Positions 9,879-19,832 of a stretch of 64,000 nucleotides of DNA are shown one piece after another (the first letter of the stretch is position 1; every line of letters begins with the position of its first letter). Where the stretch lies: NCBI GenBank assembly GCA_013374835.1, contig CP055307.1:660768-724767 (forward strand), in the 5' to 3' direction. This DNA comes from Candidatus Woesebacteria bacterium. Lineage in GTDB: Bacteria; Patescibacteriota; Microgenomatia; UBA8517. The notes under the pieces are model-generated. The model did not search any database and had not been told where the DNA came from. It was given only the letters and a program-made list of their open reading frames with translations. The position numbers and the translations under genes are program-made.

Positions 9879-12155
9879 ATGGCAAAAAAAGCAGTAAATC
9901 CTTTGGTTATTTATCTTAATGATATTGATAAGGATGATCTTTCTTTGGTTGGGGGCAAGGGAGCGAATCTGGGAGAAATGACAAAAGCTGGGTTTCCTGT
10001 TCCTCATGGATTTGCCGTTACGGTAGCTTCTTATGATATGTTTCTTGATGAAAACGGAATCCGTGACGAAATTAACAAAATATTAAAAAAAATTGACAGA
10101 AATAATTCAGATGAGTTAACCAAAGCTTCAAAAAAAATTGAAAAAATAATTATGAAAGGGAAGCTTCCCTTAGATGTGGTTAAAGAATCGATAAAAGCTT
10201 ATAAAAAAATTTCCGGAAGATTTAAAAAAGGCCTTGTTGCTGTTCGGTCTTCCGCCACTGCCGAGGACCTTCCTGGGGCATCTTTTGCCGGACAGCAGGC
10301 TACGTTTCTTAATGTAAAAGGGGAATCTAATTTAATGGAGGCAATTAAGGGATGTTGGGCTTCCCTTTTTACGGCAAGGGCGATATTTTATCGAGAGGAA
10401 AATAGAATTGATCATGAGAAAGTAAAAATTTCCGTAATTGTTCAAAAGATGGTTCAATCCGATGTTTCCGGTGTAATGTTTTCAATAGATCCTGTTACGA
10501 ACGATAAGGATAGGGTGATAATAGAAGCTGTATGGGGTCTTGGTGAAATGATTGTTCAAGGATCAGTGGTACCTGACACATATTCTGTTCAAAAAGGAAC
10601 TTTTGACATCCTTTTTAAAGAAATTTCAGACCAGGCAATACAACTAGCACGAAAGGGGCAAAAAACCATTGAGATTGATGTTCCTAAAAAACAAAGGGAT
10701 ATACAAAAAATATCTGATGAAGATATTGTTAAATTAGCTAAATTGGCTACCAGACTCCAAGAGCTATATTATTTTCCACAGGATATTGAATGGGCAAAAG
10801 AGGGGAAAAATATATATATTGTGCAAACAAGGCCTGTTACGACAATTGAGGGGACTAGCAAAAAATTAAAGGAGGAAGGGCAGGGAATTAAAACTTTCGA
10901 GGTCCCTATTATAAAAGGCGCTGCTGCAAGCCCAGGTGTGGGTATTGGAAAAGTTAGAATTCTTAAATCCCCCAAGCAAATTGAAAGAGTAAAAGAGGGT
11001 GATGTGCTTGTTGCTCCAATGACAAGTCCTGATTACGTACCTGCTATGAAAAGAGCCGTTGCAATTGTTACCGACCAGGGAGGGCTTACATCCCATGCAG
11101 CGATAGTTTCCAGAGAGCTTGGCGTTCCTTGTGTTGTTGGCACAAAGGATGCTACCAATAAACTAAAGGAGAATACTATTGTAAAAGTTGATGGATTTAA
11201 GGGTAATGTTTATATAGGAAGTGTTGTTAGAAAAGAAGAGAAAAAAACTAAAATAAAAGAGAAAAAAGCAAGAATAAGAACTGCGACAAACTTATATATA
11301 AATTTAGCAGAACCGGAGCGCGCCTTAGAACTTTCGAAAGAGTACGTTGACGGCGTTGGATTGTTACGCGCAGAATTTATGATAGCAAATATAGGTATTC
11401 ATCCTAAGGAGGCAATAAAACAAAAAAAGCAAAAAGATTTTATTAATAAACTTTCAAGCGATATTTCTACTTTTTGTAGGAGTTTTAATCCAAGGCCTGT
11501 TGTTTATAGAACTACTGATTTTAAAACTAACGAATATAGATCTCTTCCTGGGGGGGAGAAATGGGAGCCCGAAGAGCCGAATCCAATGCTTGGTTTTAGA
11601 GGGGCATATAGGTATATTACAAATCCTGATGTATTTAATCTTGAAATTCAGGCAATTAAAAAAGTAAGAGAAAACTATAAAAATTTGTGGGTAATGATTC
11701 CTTTTGTCCGTTCGCCCGAGGAACTTGCGAGGGTTAGGAGACTTTTTGCCGCTGAAGGGCTTTTTGATAGCGCTACGTTTAAGTTTTGGATGATGGTAGA
11801 GTTACCGGTTAACGTGATCCGGCTTAAAAAATTCATTGATGTGGGAATTGACGGCATTTCAATTGGATCAAACGACTTAACAATGCTGCTCGTCGGCACA
11901 GATAGGGATAATTCAGAAGTTGCTGAGGCTTTTGACGAACAGTCGCCTGTGGTTAAATGGGCTTTGAGAAGAACAATTAAAATGTGCAATAAGTACGGAG
12001 TTACTTCTTCTATATGCGGACAGGCTCCTTCTACTTATGACGATTTAGTAAGAGATTTGGTCCGTTATGGTATTACAAGCATTTCTGTGAATCCAGATGC
12101 TATTTACAGGGTGCGTCAGGTAATATCTGATGCTGAAAAAGAGCTAATTAAGTGA
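9879..12155 (+). CDS. ppsA: phosphoenolpyruvate synthase (pyruvate, water dikinase)
   Basis: N-terminal LVGGKGANLGEM...GFPVPHGF ATP-grasp; central phospho-His domain GGLTSHAAIVSRELGVPCVVG; C-terminal PEP-utilising barrel; 758 aa fits PpsA better than PPDK. Confidence 0.75.
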   Translation: MAKKAVNPLVIYLNDIDKDDLSLVGGKGANLGEMTKAGFPVPHGFAVTVASYDMFLDENGIRDEINKILKKIDRNNSDELTKASKKIEKIIMKGKLPLDVVKESIKAYKKISGRFKKGLVAVRSSATAEDLPGASFAGQQATFLNVKGESNLMEAIKGCWASLFTARAIFYREENRIDHEKVKISVIVQKMVQSDVSGVMFSIDPVTNDKDRVIIEAVWGLGEMIVQGSVVPDTYSVQKGTFDILFKEISDQAIQLARKGQKTIEIDVPKKQRDIQKISDEDIVKLAKLATRLQELYYFPQDIEWAKEGKNIYIVQTRPVTTIEGTSKKLKEEGQGIKTFEVPIIKGAAASPGVGIGKVRILKSPKQIERVKEGDVLVAPMTSPDYVPAMKRAVAIVTDQGGLTSHAAIVSRELGVPCVVGTKDATNKLKENTIVKVDGFKGNVYIGSVVRKEEKKTKIKEKKARIRTATNLYINLAEPERALELSKEYVDGVGLLRAEFMIANIGIHPKEAIKQKKQKDFINKLSSDISTFCRSFNPRPVVYRTTDFKTNEYRSLPGGEKWEPEEPNPMLGFRGAYRYITNPDVFNLEIQAIKKVRENYKNLWVMIPFVRSPEELARVRRLFAAEGLFDSATFKFWMMVELPVNVIRLKKFIDVGIDGISIGSNDLTMLLVGTDRDNSEVAEAFDEQSPVVKWALRRTIKMCNKYGVTSSICGQAPSTYDDLVRDLVRYGITSISVNPDAIYRVRQVISDAEKELIK

Positions 12156-13456
12156 ATTTTTCGAAGATTATGTCTAAAATAAAGAGAATATGGTCATATG
12201 AGATTCTTGATTCAAGAGCCACTCCAACAATAGAGTGTGTCTGTTTGCTTGAAAGTGGGGTTTTGGGAGTTTATTCTGTGCCCTCAGGCGCTTCTACCGG
12301 CACACACGAGTCCTTAGAATTGAGAGACAAAGACGAAACAAGATATAGGGGAAAAGGAGTTTTGAAAGCTGTCCAGAATGTAAATGAGGTTATCGGCCCA
12401 AGTCTGGTACTTTCCGGGATTGATGCTACGAAACAATCCGAAATCGATGCCAAGCTTATTGAAATGGACGGTACCGAGAATAAGACCAGGCTTGGAGCAA
12501 ATAGTATTCTTTCTGTGTCAGGTGCTGTTTGCAAGGCAGCCGCGGCGGAACAAAAGATCGGGCTTTACGAATGGATTAACAAACTTGCTATTGAAAAAGG
12601 TATCAAAGCAAAAATGCACATTCCAACAGCTGTTTTTAATATGATTAACGGAGGTCTTCATGGTGCAGGAAATCTTGATTTTCAAGAATTTTTTCTTATA
12701 CCTGCAAGCACAAAAAGCTTTAGCGAGGGATTAAGAATAGGTGCTGAGATTTATATGGTAATAGGCCAGAATTTGGCACGGCGCGGAGCTATCCATTCTG
12801 TGGGCGATGAGGGTGGGTATGCACCAAACCTTTTTACAAATGCTGATGCTCTTGAAATAATGGTTGAAGCAATTGGACAAGCTAATTATCAAGTTGGGAG
12901 AGATGTATTTTTGGGTCTAGATGTTGCTTCAAATACTTTTTATTCGGACGGAGTTTATACAATAAGGGATAAATCCGCTCCTCTTAATGAAGATTCTCTT
13001 ATCAGTTATTACAAAGAACTTAATAATATCTATCATATGGCAATACTTGAGGATCCTTTATATGAAGATGCTTGGGAAGGATGGAAAAAGCTGAAATCAA
13101 TATTGGGAAGTCAGGTTTCTATTGTTGGAGACGATTTGCTGGTAACTAACATTAAAAGGCTTGAGAAAGCTATCCAAAATGATTCTTGTAATGCGGTTCT
13201 TGTGAAACCTAACCAGGTTGGTACTATCTCTGAAACTCTTGATGTTATCAAAAAGTCTTACGATGCAAATTGGAAAGTCATGGTGTCTCATAGATCGGGA
13301 GAGACCAACGACTCATTTATTGCCGACTTTGCCGTTGGCGTAGGGTCCCATTATGTAAAATTCGGAGCGCCAGCGCGTGGTGAGCGGATTTCAAAATATA
13401 ATAGGCTAGCTGCTATTGAAAAAGAACTTTTATATAAGAATGAATCCTCTAAATAA
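12152..13456 (+). CDS. eno: enolase
   Basis: SRATPTIE...SGASTGTHE and GDDLLVTN, SHRSGETNDSFIADFAVG motifs; 434 aa. Confidence 0.9.
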   Translation: MNFSKIMSKIKRIWSYEILDSRATPTIECVCLLESGVLGVYSVPSGASTGTHESLELRDKDETRYRGKGVLKAVQNVNEVIGPSLVLSGIDATKQSEIDAKLIEMDGTENKTRLGANSILSVSGAVCKAAAAEQKIGLYEWINKLAIEKGIKAKMHIPTAVFNMINGGLHGAGNLDFQEFFLIPASTKSFSEGLRIGAEIYMVIGQNLARRGAIHSVGDEGGYAPNLFTNADALEIMVEAIGQANYQVGRDVFLGLDVASNTFYSDGVYTIRDKSAPLNEDSLISYYKELNNIYHMAILEDPLYEDAWEGWKKLKSILGSQVSIVGDDLLVTNIKRLEKAIQNDSCNAVLVKPNQVGTISETLDVIKKSYDANWKVMVSHRSGETNDSFIADFAVGVGSHYVKFGAPARGERISKYNRLAAIEKELLYKNESSK

Positions 13457-15107
13457 AAATTTATGTATCCTAGTTTCACTTGATGGCTGGGGCATTGCTC
13501 CGCCCGGTCCGGGAAATGCAGTAAGTCTTGCTAAAACCATAAATATGAATAAGTTTTGGGCATCCTATCCCCATACTCAATTGGGAGCTTCGGGTGAATC
13601 CGTAGGTTTACCTAGGGGTGAGGATGGAAATTCAGAGACCGGACATATAAATATGGGTGCAGGAAAAATAGTTTATCAGTATTTGGCAAGAATAAACATG
13701 TCAATTGCGGATGGAACTTTTTTTACTAGCCCTGTTCTTTTGGGTGCTATTGAGCATGTAAAGAAGAACAACTCAAAGCTTCATTTTATGGGTCTTGTAG
13801 GATCAGGCGGCGTGCATTCAAACATAGAACACCTTTTTGCTTTAATTCATCTTGCTTCAAGCAAAAACGTTGAAAAAGTGTTTATACATGCTTTCACAGA
13901 CGGGCGTGACTCACCGCCTACATCTGGAATTTCTTATATTCAAAAGATAAAAGAGCATATTGAGAAAGAAAAGGTTGGTAAAATTGCCAGTGTTATGGGT
14001 AGATATTGGGCCATGGATAGAGACAGAAGGTGGGACAGAACAGCTAAGGCTTATTTTGCTTTGACTAAAGGAGAAGGAAGGCTAATTAAATCCATTGAAG
14101 ATGCAATAACCGAATCCTATTCAAGGGGGTTGACTGACGAATTTATAGAGCCTATGTTGATGGCAGATGATGAGAATAAACCTATCGGACTTATTGAAGA
14201 CGGCGATGCAGTAGTTTTTTTTAATTTCAGAATTGACAGACCAAGACAGCTTTCGAGAGCGTTTGTTGTACAAGATGAATTAAAAGACGGAGAATGGGGC
14301 TTTGATCCATACTCGGACCTTTATAGTGTTAAAAAAGATAATGGCAAGCCACATGAAGGATCGCCAATGTTTCAGCGTGGGAAAAAACTTGAAAATATTT
14401 ATTTTGTACTTATGACGGAATATGAAAAAATTTTGATTAAACATGGTGCCCGGGCAATTTTTTCACCTGAAACTATAAGCATGCCTTTGGGACGGGTGTT
14501 GTCCCTTAATGACGTAAGACAAATAAGAGTAGCCGAGTCTGAGAAAGAAAGATTTGTAACATACCATTTTAATGGAAGACGAGAAGATCCTTTTCCCGGT
14601 GAAGACCGTGTAATTATTCCGTCACCTAAAGTTCCCACATACGACCTTAAGCCCGAGATGAGTTCATACGAGATTACAGACGCTCTTTTATCGCGACTTT
14701 CAGATGGTGTGTATTCTTTTGCTTTTATTAATTATGCTGCGCCGGATATGGTGGGGCATACCGGGAATATCGATGCCGCAATAAAGGCCGTAAGTGCAGT
14801 TGATGAATGTGTCGGAAAATTGTGCAATTTTGCCTTAGGATACGGCGGAACGGTAATTTTAACGGCAGACCATGGGAATGTGGAAGAGATGATAGATTTG
14901 CAAACAGGAGAAGTAGATACCGAGCATAGTACTAATCCGGTACCTTTTATTGTAGTTTCCAAAGAATTTATGTCCAAGCCTTTTGTATTAACTTCGGGAA
15001 TTCTTGCCGATGTTGCTCCTAGTGTGCTTGGTGTTCTTGGTATCGATATTCCTTCAGAGATGACGGGAAGAGATCTATTAAAAGATATTAGAGATCCTCA
15101 TTTATAA
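13416..15107 (+). CDS. gpmI: 2,3-bisphosphoglycerate-independent phosphoglycerate mutase
   Basis: LDGWGIAPPG...HFMGLVGSGGVHS and C-terminal ADHGN phosphatase-like motifs; start ambiguous between 13416 and 13440 (MNPLNKN); overlaps eno 3' end. Confidence 0.85.
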   Translation: MKKNFYIRMNPLNKNLCILVSLDGWGIAPPGPGNAVSLAKTINMNKFWASYPHTQLGASGESVGLPRGEDGNSETGHINMGAGKIVYQYLARINMSIADGTFFTSPVLLGAIEHVKKNNSKLHFMGLVGSGGVHSNIEHLFALIHLASSKNVEKVFIHAFTDGRDSPPTSGISYIQKIKEHIEKEKVGKIASVMGRYWAMDRDRRWDRTAKAYFALTKGEGRLIKSIEDAITESYSRGLTDEFIEPMLMADDENKPIGLIEDGDAVVFFNFRIDRPRQLSRAFVVQDELKDGEWGFDPYSDLYSVKKDNGKPHEGSPMFQRGKKLENIYFVLMTEYEKILIKHGARAIFSPETISMPLGRVLSLNDVRQIRVAESEKERFVTYHFNGRREDPFPGEDRVIIPSPKVPTYDLKPEMSSYEITDALLSRLSDGVYSFAFINYAAPDMVGHTGNIDAAIKAVSAVDECVGKLCNFALGYGGTVILTADHGNVEEMIDLQTGEVDTEHSTNPVPFIVVSKEFMSKPFVLTSGILADVAPSVLGVLGIDIPSEMTGRDLLKDIRDPHL

Positions 15108-15108
15108 T

Positions 15109-15846
15109 TTATATTTTTTTCATTTTGTCCATAAATTTGGAGAAAATTTTTCCTTTATTGTGCTGGTAGTATTCCCAAAACGGTGGAACAAGAGAAAGAA
15201 TAACTATTATTGCTATTATAGGTATTAAATATTTATCTACATTGGGTATTACGTTTCCCAGAAAATACCCAATTGTAAGCATGCCAATGGTCCAGGATAT
15301 TCCCCCAAAAATGTTGTATGAAAGAAATTTTTTATAATCCATTTTGGCTATACCGGCTACTATAGGGGCGAATGTTCTTATAATAGGTATGAATCTGGCA
15401 ATAATAATGGTTTTACCTCCATGCTTCTCATAAAATTTGCTCGCATTTTCGAGATGTTTTTTATCAAGAAGAAGCGAGTCTTCTTCTGTGAAAATTTTTG
15501 GTCCTGCTTTTTTACCAAACCAGTAGCCGACTGAGTCGCCGAGAACTGCTGCTAACGGTAGGATCAAATAAAGTATCAATATGTTAAAGTAGTTTTGTGA
15601 GGCTAGAAGACCTGTGGTAACGAGAAGGCTGTCTCCCGGGAGAAAAAAACCGAAGAAAAGACCTGATTCCGCGAACACTATCGCTGTAATTCCCGGATAT
15701 CCCACGATTGCAATTAGATGCTTTAAGCCGTAATGCTCAAGAAGAAGCATACCGAAAACCCCAAGTATTAAAAGAGCAGAGCCGCTTAAAAGAAAAAGCA
15801 ATACTTTTTTTCTTGTTTTAAAAAAAATGGAGACTTTTGCTTTCAC
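15109..15846 (-). CDS. DedA/VTT-domain family membrane protein
   Basis: GYPGITAIVFAESGLFFGFFLPGDSLLVTTG core typical of DedA; 245 aa, multiple TM segments. Confidence 0.65.
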   Translation of the reverse strand: MKAKVSIFFKTRKKVLLFLLSGSALLILGVFGMLLLEHYGLKHLIAIVGYPGITAIVFAESGLFFGFFLPGDSLLVTTGLLASQNYFNILILYLILPLAAVLGDSVGYWFGKKAGPKIFTEEDSLLLDKKHLENASKFYEKHGGKTIIIARFIPIIRTFAPIVAGIAKMDYKKFLSYNIFGGISWTIGMLTIGYFLGNVIPNVDKYLIPIIAIIVILSLVPPFWEYYQHNKGKIFSKFMDKMKKI

Positions 15847-15887
15847 AAAGCTAATTGTATGATAATTATTTGATTTATTGCAAGAAA

Positions 15888-16553
15888 TTAATTGAGAACA
15901 TATCTACGGATTAGCCCGACGACCCTACCTTGTATGCGAACATTTTTAACAAAAATTGGTGACATTGTTGAATTGGCCGGCTCGAGCCTTACTCTTGTTG
16001 TTTCTTTGAAAAATCTTTTGAGGGTTGCCATTCCGTTGTCGAGTAGTGCTACTACTATTTCGCCGTTTTTTGCCTCGGATGTTTCTTCTACTATTACATA
16101 GTCTCCGTCTCTTATTTGTTCTTCAATCATCGATTCGCCTTTTACTTGGAGAACATAAACTCTTTTTTTGCCAGACACAAAAGATGGAGCAATCGGCAAG
16201 CTTGCATTCGGGTCTGTGTGCGGTTCTATTGGTGCTCCTGCAGCGATAAAGCCCAGAATCGGTACTTCGATTTCAGATTCTTTAGTAAAATCTATATTTG
16301 GGTTTGACAGTTCTATTGAGCGGACTCTACCGGAGCCTCTATTAATGAGCCCTTTTAATTCCAGAGTTTTAAGATGTTCATGCACCGTAGCGAGCGAAGA
16401 TACTCCTATCGCATCTGCTATTTGACGAAGCGTAGGCGCAAAACCATTTGCCTGAATAAATTGCTGGATAAATTCCAATATTTGTTTTTGTTTTTTGTAA
16501 ATTACAGGTGGCATGCTGTTTAAAGTTATACAAACAAAACCCGAAGATGTCAA
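15888..16553 (-). CDS. lexA: LexA repressor (S24 peptidase)
   Basis: N-terminal wHTH (LRQIADAIGVSSLATVHEHLKTLELKGLI); cleavage-site region AAG; Ser/Lys dyad region VKGESMIE...GEIVVALL...ATLKRF; start may be the internal Met at 16514. Confidence 0.8.
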   Translation of the reverse strand: MTSSGFVCITLNSMPPVIYKKQKQILEFIQQFIQANGFAPTLRQIADAIGVSSLATVHEHLKTLELKGLINRGSGRVRSIELSNPNIDFTKESEIEVPILGFIAAGAPIEPHTDPNASLPIAPSFVSGKKRVYVLQVKGESMIEEQIRDGDYVIVEETSEAKNGEIVVALLDNGMATLKRFFKETTRVRLEPANSTMSPIFVKNVRIQGRVVGLIRRYVLN

Positions 16554-16793
16554 GAGGGAAAAATGTATAAAGAAGAAGTGCTCTTAACAATCCGTCTAGA
16601 AGCACAGAAACTTATAATCTAACCAGTAGATATTTGTTATAATGAATTAACTTTGAAGGTGGTTAATGATTTAGAATTAAATTCTAATAATCAGAGATTT
16701 GACAGTTTTATTAATGATATTAACAATAAGAGATTTTGTGATTTATCAATTTGATACTTTCGCATTAACTTCGGGTGCTGTAGAATAATTCTT

Positions 16794-18779
16794 ATGCATA
16801 AATTTAAGCTTAGAACGAACTACAGGACCGTGCTTGATCAGAAAAGAGCAGTTAACATTCTTTGTCAAAACATTATTAACGGGGTACCTTATCAAGTCCT
16901 TTTGGGAGTAACCGGTTCTGGCAAAACTTTTAGCATTGCTAATGTAATAAATAAGCTTCAGATGCCTACGCTAATAATTTCACACAATAAAACTCTTGCG
17001 GCGCAGCTTTATCAAGAATTTCATGATTTCTTCCCCGAGAATGCGGTTTCTTATTTTGTGTCTTATTATGATTTTTATCAACCGGAAGCATATATTCCTC
17101 AAACGGATACTTATATAGAAAAGGATGCGGACATTAACGAATATATTGATAAATTAAGACTTGCTACAACTACAAACATACTTACAAGACCGGACACTAT
17201 TGTCGTTGCATCTGTATCAAGTATTTACAATATCGGCTCCCCCAAGGAATACGGTAGATTTGTTTTTGAGTTTGCAACAGATGTGGCAATTAACAGAGAC
17301 CAGGTAATTGATAGACTTATTGATCTTCAGTATGAACGCGCCGACTACGGATTTCATAGAGGCACTTTTCGCGTGAGAGGCGATTTTATTGAAGTATTTC
17401 CGGCTTACAGAGATGAGAGTATTTTAATAGAGCTTGGTGATAAAAAAATTAAAAACATAAGTGTTACCAATCCACTTACTGGAGAGATTGTAGAAAAGCT
17501 AAAGTATTTTATACTCTATCCTTCAAAACATTTTATTACCGATCCGAGGAGAAATAAGCAAATTTTTGATCAAATAAGAAGTGATTTAGAAAAGCAGGTA
17601 AAAATGTTTAAAAAGCAAGGAAAAATACTTGAGGCTCATAGGTTAAAGCAGAAAGTTTCTTATGACCTTGAGATGATAGAGGAAGTAGGATATGTAAAGG
17701 GGATTGAAAACTACTCAAGGTATTTTGACGGAAGAAAGCCTGGTGAGGCTCCGTTTTCACTGCTTGATTATTTTAAAGAGGCATATAAAAATCGGTTTTT
17801 GGTGGTTGTTGATGAAAGCCACATAACTTTTCCCCAAATTAGAGGAATGTACTCAGGCGATTTGTCGAGAAAGAAAACTCTTGTTGAATACGGATTTAGG
17901 CTTCCTGCTGCATATGACAATAGACCTTTGACTTTTGATGAGTTTATGCGCAGGGTTCCAAGATTTATAGCTACTAGCGCAACTCCATCGGATTGGGAGC
18001 TATCGATTTCTAAAAATTTTGTAGTCGAACAGCTTGTAAGGCCAACCGGTATACCTGATCCCGCGGTAGAAATTCATCCAACACAAAACCAGGTTTCTCA
18101 TGTGATTTCCGAAGTAAAAAAAAGAGTTAAAAAAAAACAGAAATCGTTAATTACAACTCTTACAAAAAGAACATCTGAGGATTTAGCCGAATTTATGAAA
18201 GAAAAAGGAATTAAGGTAGCCTATCTTCATTCGGACATAGACACACTGGAACGAACAGATATCTTAGAAAAATTGCGAAACGGAGAATATGACGCCCTTG
18301 TAGGGATAAATCTTTTGAGGGAAGGGCTTGATTTACCTGAGGTTTCTTTGGTTGCGATTCTTGATGCTGATCGAGAAGGATTCTTACGAAGTGATGTAAG
18401 CCTTATTCAAACAATGGGCAGGGCAGCGCGCCACGTCGAGGGAAAAGTAGTTTTGTATGCCGATCGCGTTACAGGATCTATGAAAAAGGCGCTTGATGAG
18501 GTTTCAAGAAGAAGAAAATATCAGATTAAATATAATAAAATTCACAACATAACTCCAAAATCTATAGTTAAGCCTGTAAGAGAGCGGTTGATAGATAAAG
18601 AAGAGCCAAAGACTTTGGGATACAAAGACTTTTTTAATACTGATTTAGATTCCTTAACACCCATGGATAGAAAAAAATTAATTAGTAACTTGAAAAGCGA
18701 GATGAAAATAGCTGCCAACAGCATGGATTTTGAGCTAGCCATCAAAATACGTGATAAGATACGAGAGCTTGAAAAATAA
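16794..18779 (+). CDS. uvrB: excinuclease ABC subunit B
   Basis: Walker A GVTGSGKTF; helicase motifs; C-terminal UVR domain; 661 aa. Confidence 0.9.
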   Translation: MHKFKLRTNYRTVLDQKRAVNILCQNIINGVPYQVLLGVTGSGKTFSIANVINKLQMPTLIISHNKTLAAQLYQEFHDFFPENAVSYFVSYYDFYQPEAYIPQTDTYIEKDADINEYIDKLRLATTTNILTRPDTIVVASVSSIYNIGSPKEYGRFVFEFATDVAINRDQVIDRLIDLQYERADYGFHRGTFRVRGDFIEVFPAYRDESILIELGDKKIKNISVTNPLTGEIVEKLKYFILYPSKHFITDPRRNKQIFDQIRSDLEKQVKMFKKQGKILEAHRLKQKVSYDLEMIEEVGYVKGIENYSRYFDGRKPGEAPFSLLDYFKEAYKNRFLVVVDESHITFPQIRGMYSGDLSRKKTLVEYGFRLPAAYDNRPLTFDEFMRRVPRFIATSATPSDWELSISKNFVVEQLVRPTGIPDPAVEIHPTQNQVSHVISEVKKRVKKKQKSLITTLTKRTSEDLAEFMKEKGIKVAYLHSDIDTLERTDILEKLRNGEYDALVGINLLREGLDLPEVSLVAILDADREGFLRSDVSLIQTMGRAARHVEGKVVLYADRVTGSMKKALDEVSRRRKYQIKYNKIHNITPKSIVKPVRERLIDKEEPKTLGYKDFFNTDLDSLTPMDRKKLISNLKSEMKIAANSMDFELAIKIRDKIRELEK

Positions 18780-19832
18780 ATGAAGGAAATTTTCTTAACA
18801 AGGCGTGGGTTTTTCAAATCTGCCGTGTTATTTATGGGGTGTGCTGCGGGTTTTTTGGATAACGATAAGAAAGTCGGTGCTCAAGAGGACAACGTAGTTA
18901 TTTCGCGGGAGCGCTTGAGAGATGAGTTTGGGATTACTATACTGGATTTACCGCGGGAACGGTATCCCAAAAATTACGTAGAACTAAATTTTGCGGAATC
19001 TGCCATTAACTCTGAATTTTTTTGTGTATTAAAGGAAGACAATATAAAATTAACAATTGTGTTGATTAATGATGAAAAAGTAAATATCCAAGCGCTTGAT
19101 AATACTCAATTACAAGCTCTTGCCGGCAATCAAGAAGTGCTTGAAATTATACAAGATCAAATTGATTTTGTAAGAAACGAAAATAGAATAACGATCGAAC
19201 AATTAAGATATAGTATGCAGACTGTTTATAATGAGGAGCTGTTGAGCTTAGAAGAACGAATGCAAAAGGGGTTTATATCACAGGATGAATTTAGCGTATT
19301 ATCCAGTGCTTTAAAGTATCAATATATGCCTTATCTGATTGAGAGTGAAGATATTACTGATGAAATGGTAGATGAATATAAAGGCGCCATACTTGGACTT
19401 ACTGCAACTGTTGAAATTTTCGAGGAAAATTCTACTGAATTATTAATTTTTTTAGCTGTAAGAAACCCAAAGAAAACAAAAACTTTTAAATCCGGAGATG
19501 TTGTTTTAAATGTTCCAACACCAAGAGCTGATATTAATATTCAGCCTCATCCTTATCAGTCTTATCCGAGTGCAGATAGTTTGGGGTACGTATATAACGG
19601 GGAAAATAAAAACGGAATAAAGATTAAAACATCGGGAATTTTACTCAGACATGAAATGGCACACGCAATGGGTATTGACCCCGAAGGCGAGGCAGATCGT
19701 TATGTGTTTTCTGAAATTGTCAAAGCACAGGAATTGTATCAAAACAATGACCCACGGGGTTATTGGATAATTTTTGAGACTCCAAAGGGAAAAACTTTTA
19801 CCGCAAGACCGTTAGAAAACTTACAATGCTAA
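18780..19832 (+). CDS. hypothetical secreted protein with twin-arginine-type signal and HExxH motif
   Basis: N-terminus LTRRGFFKSAVLFMGCAAG matches the Tat consensus; HEMAHAMGIDPEGE near the C-terminus; 350 aa; located between uvrB and uvrA. Confidence 0.4.
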   Translation: MKEIFLTRRGFFKSAVLFMGCAAGFLDNDKKVGAQEDNVVISRERLRDEFGITILDLPRERYPKNYVELNFAESAINSEFFCVLKEDNIKLTIVLINDEKVNIQALDNTQLQALAGNQEVLEIIQDQIDFVRNENRITIEQLRYSMQTVYNEELLSLEERMQKGFISQDEFSVLSSALKYQYMPYLIESEDITDEMVDEYKGAILGLTATVEIFEENSTELLIFLAVRNPKKTKTFKSGDVVLNVPTPRADINIQPHPYQSYPSADSLGYVYNGENKNGIKIKTSGILLRHEMAHAMGIDPEGEADRYVFSEIVKAQELYQNNDPRGYWIIFETPKGKTFTARPLENLQC

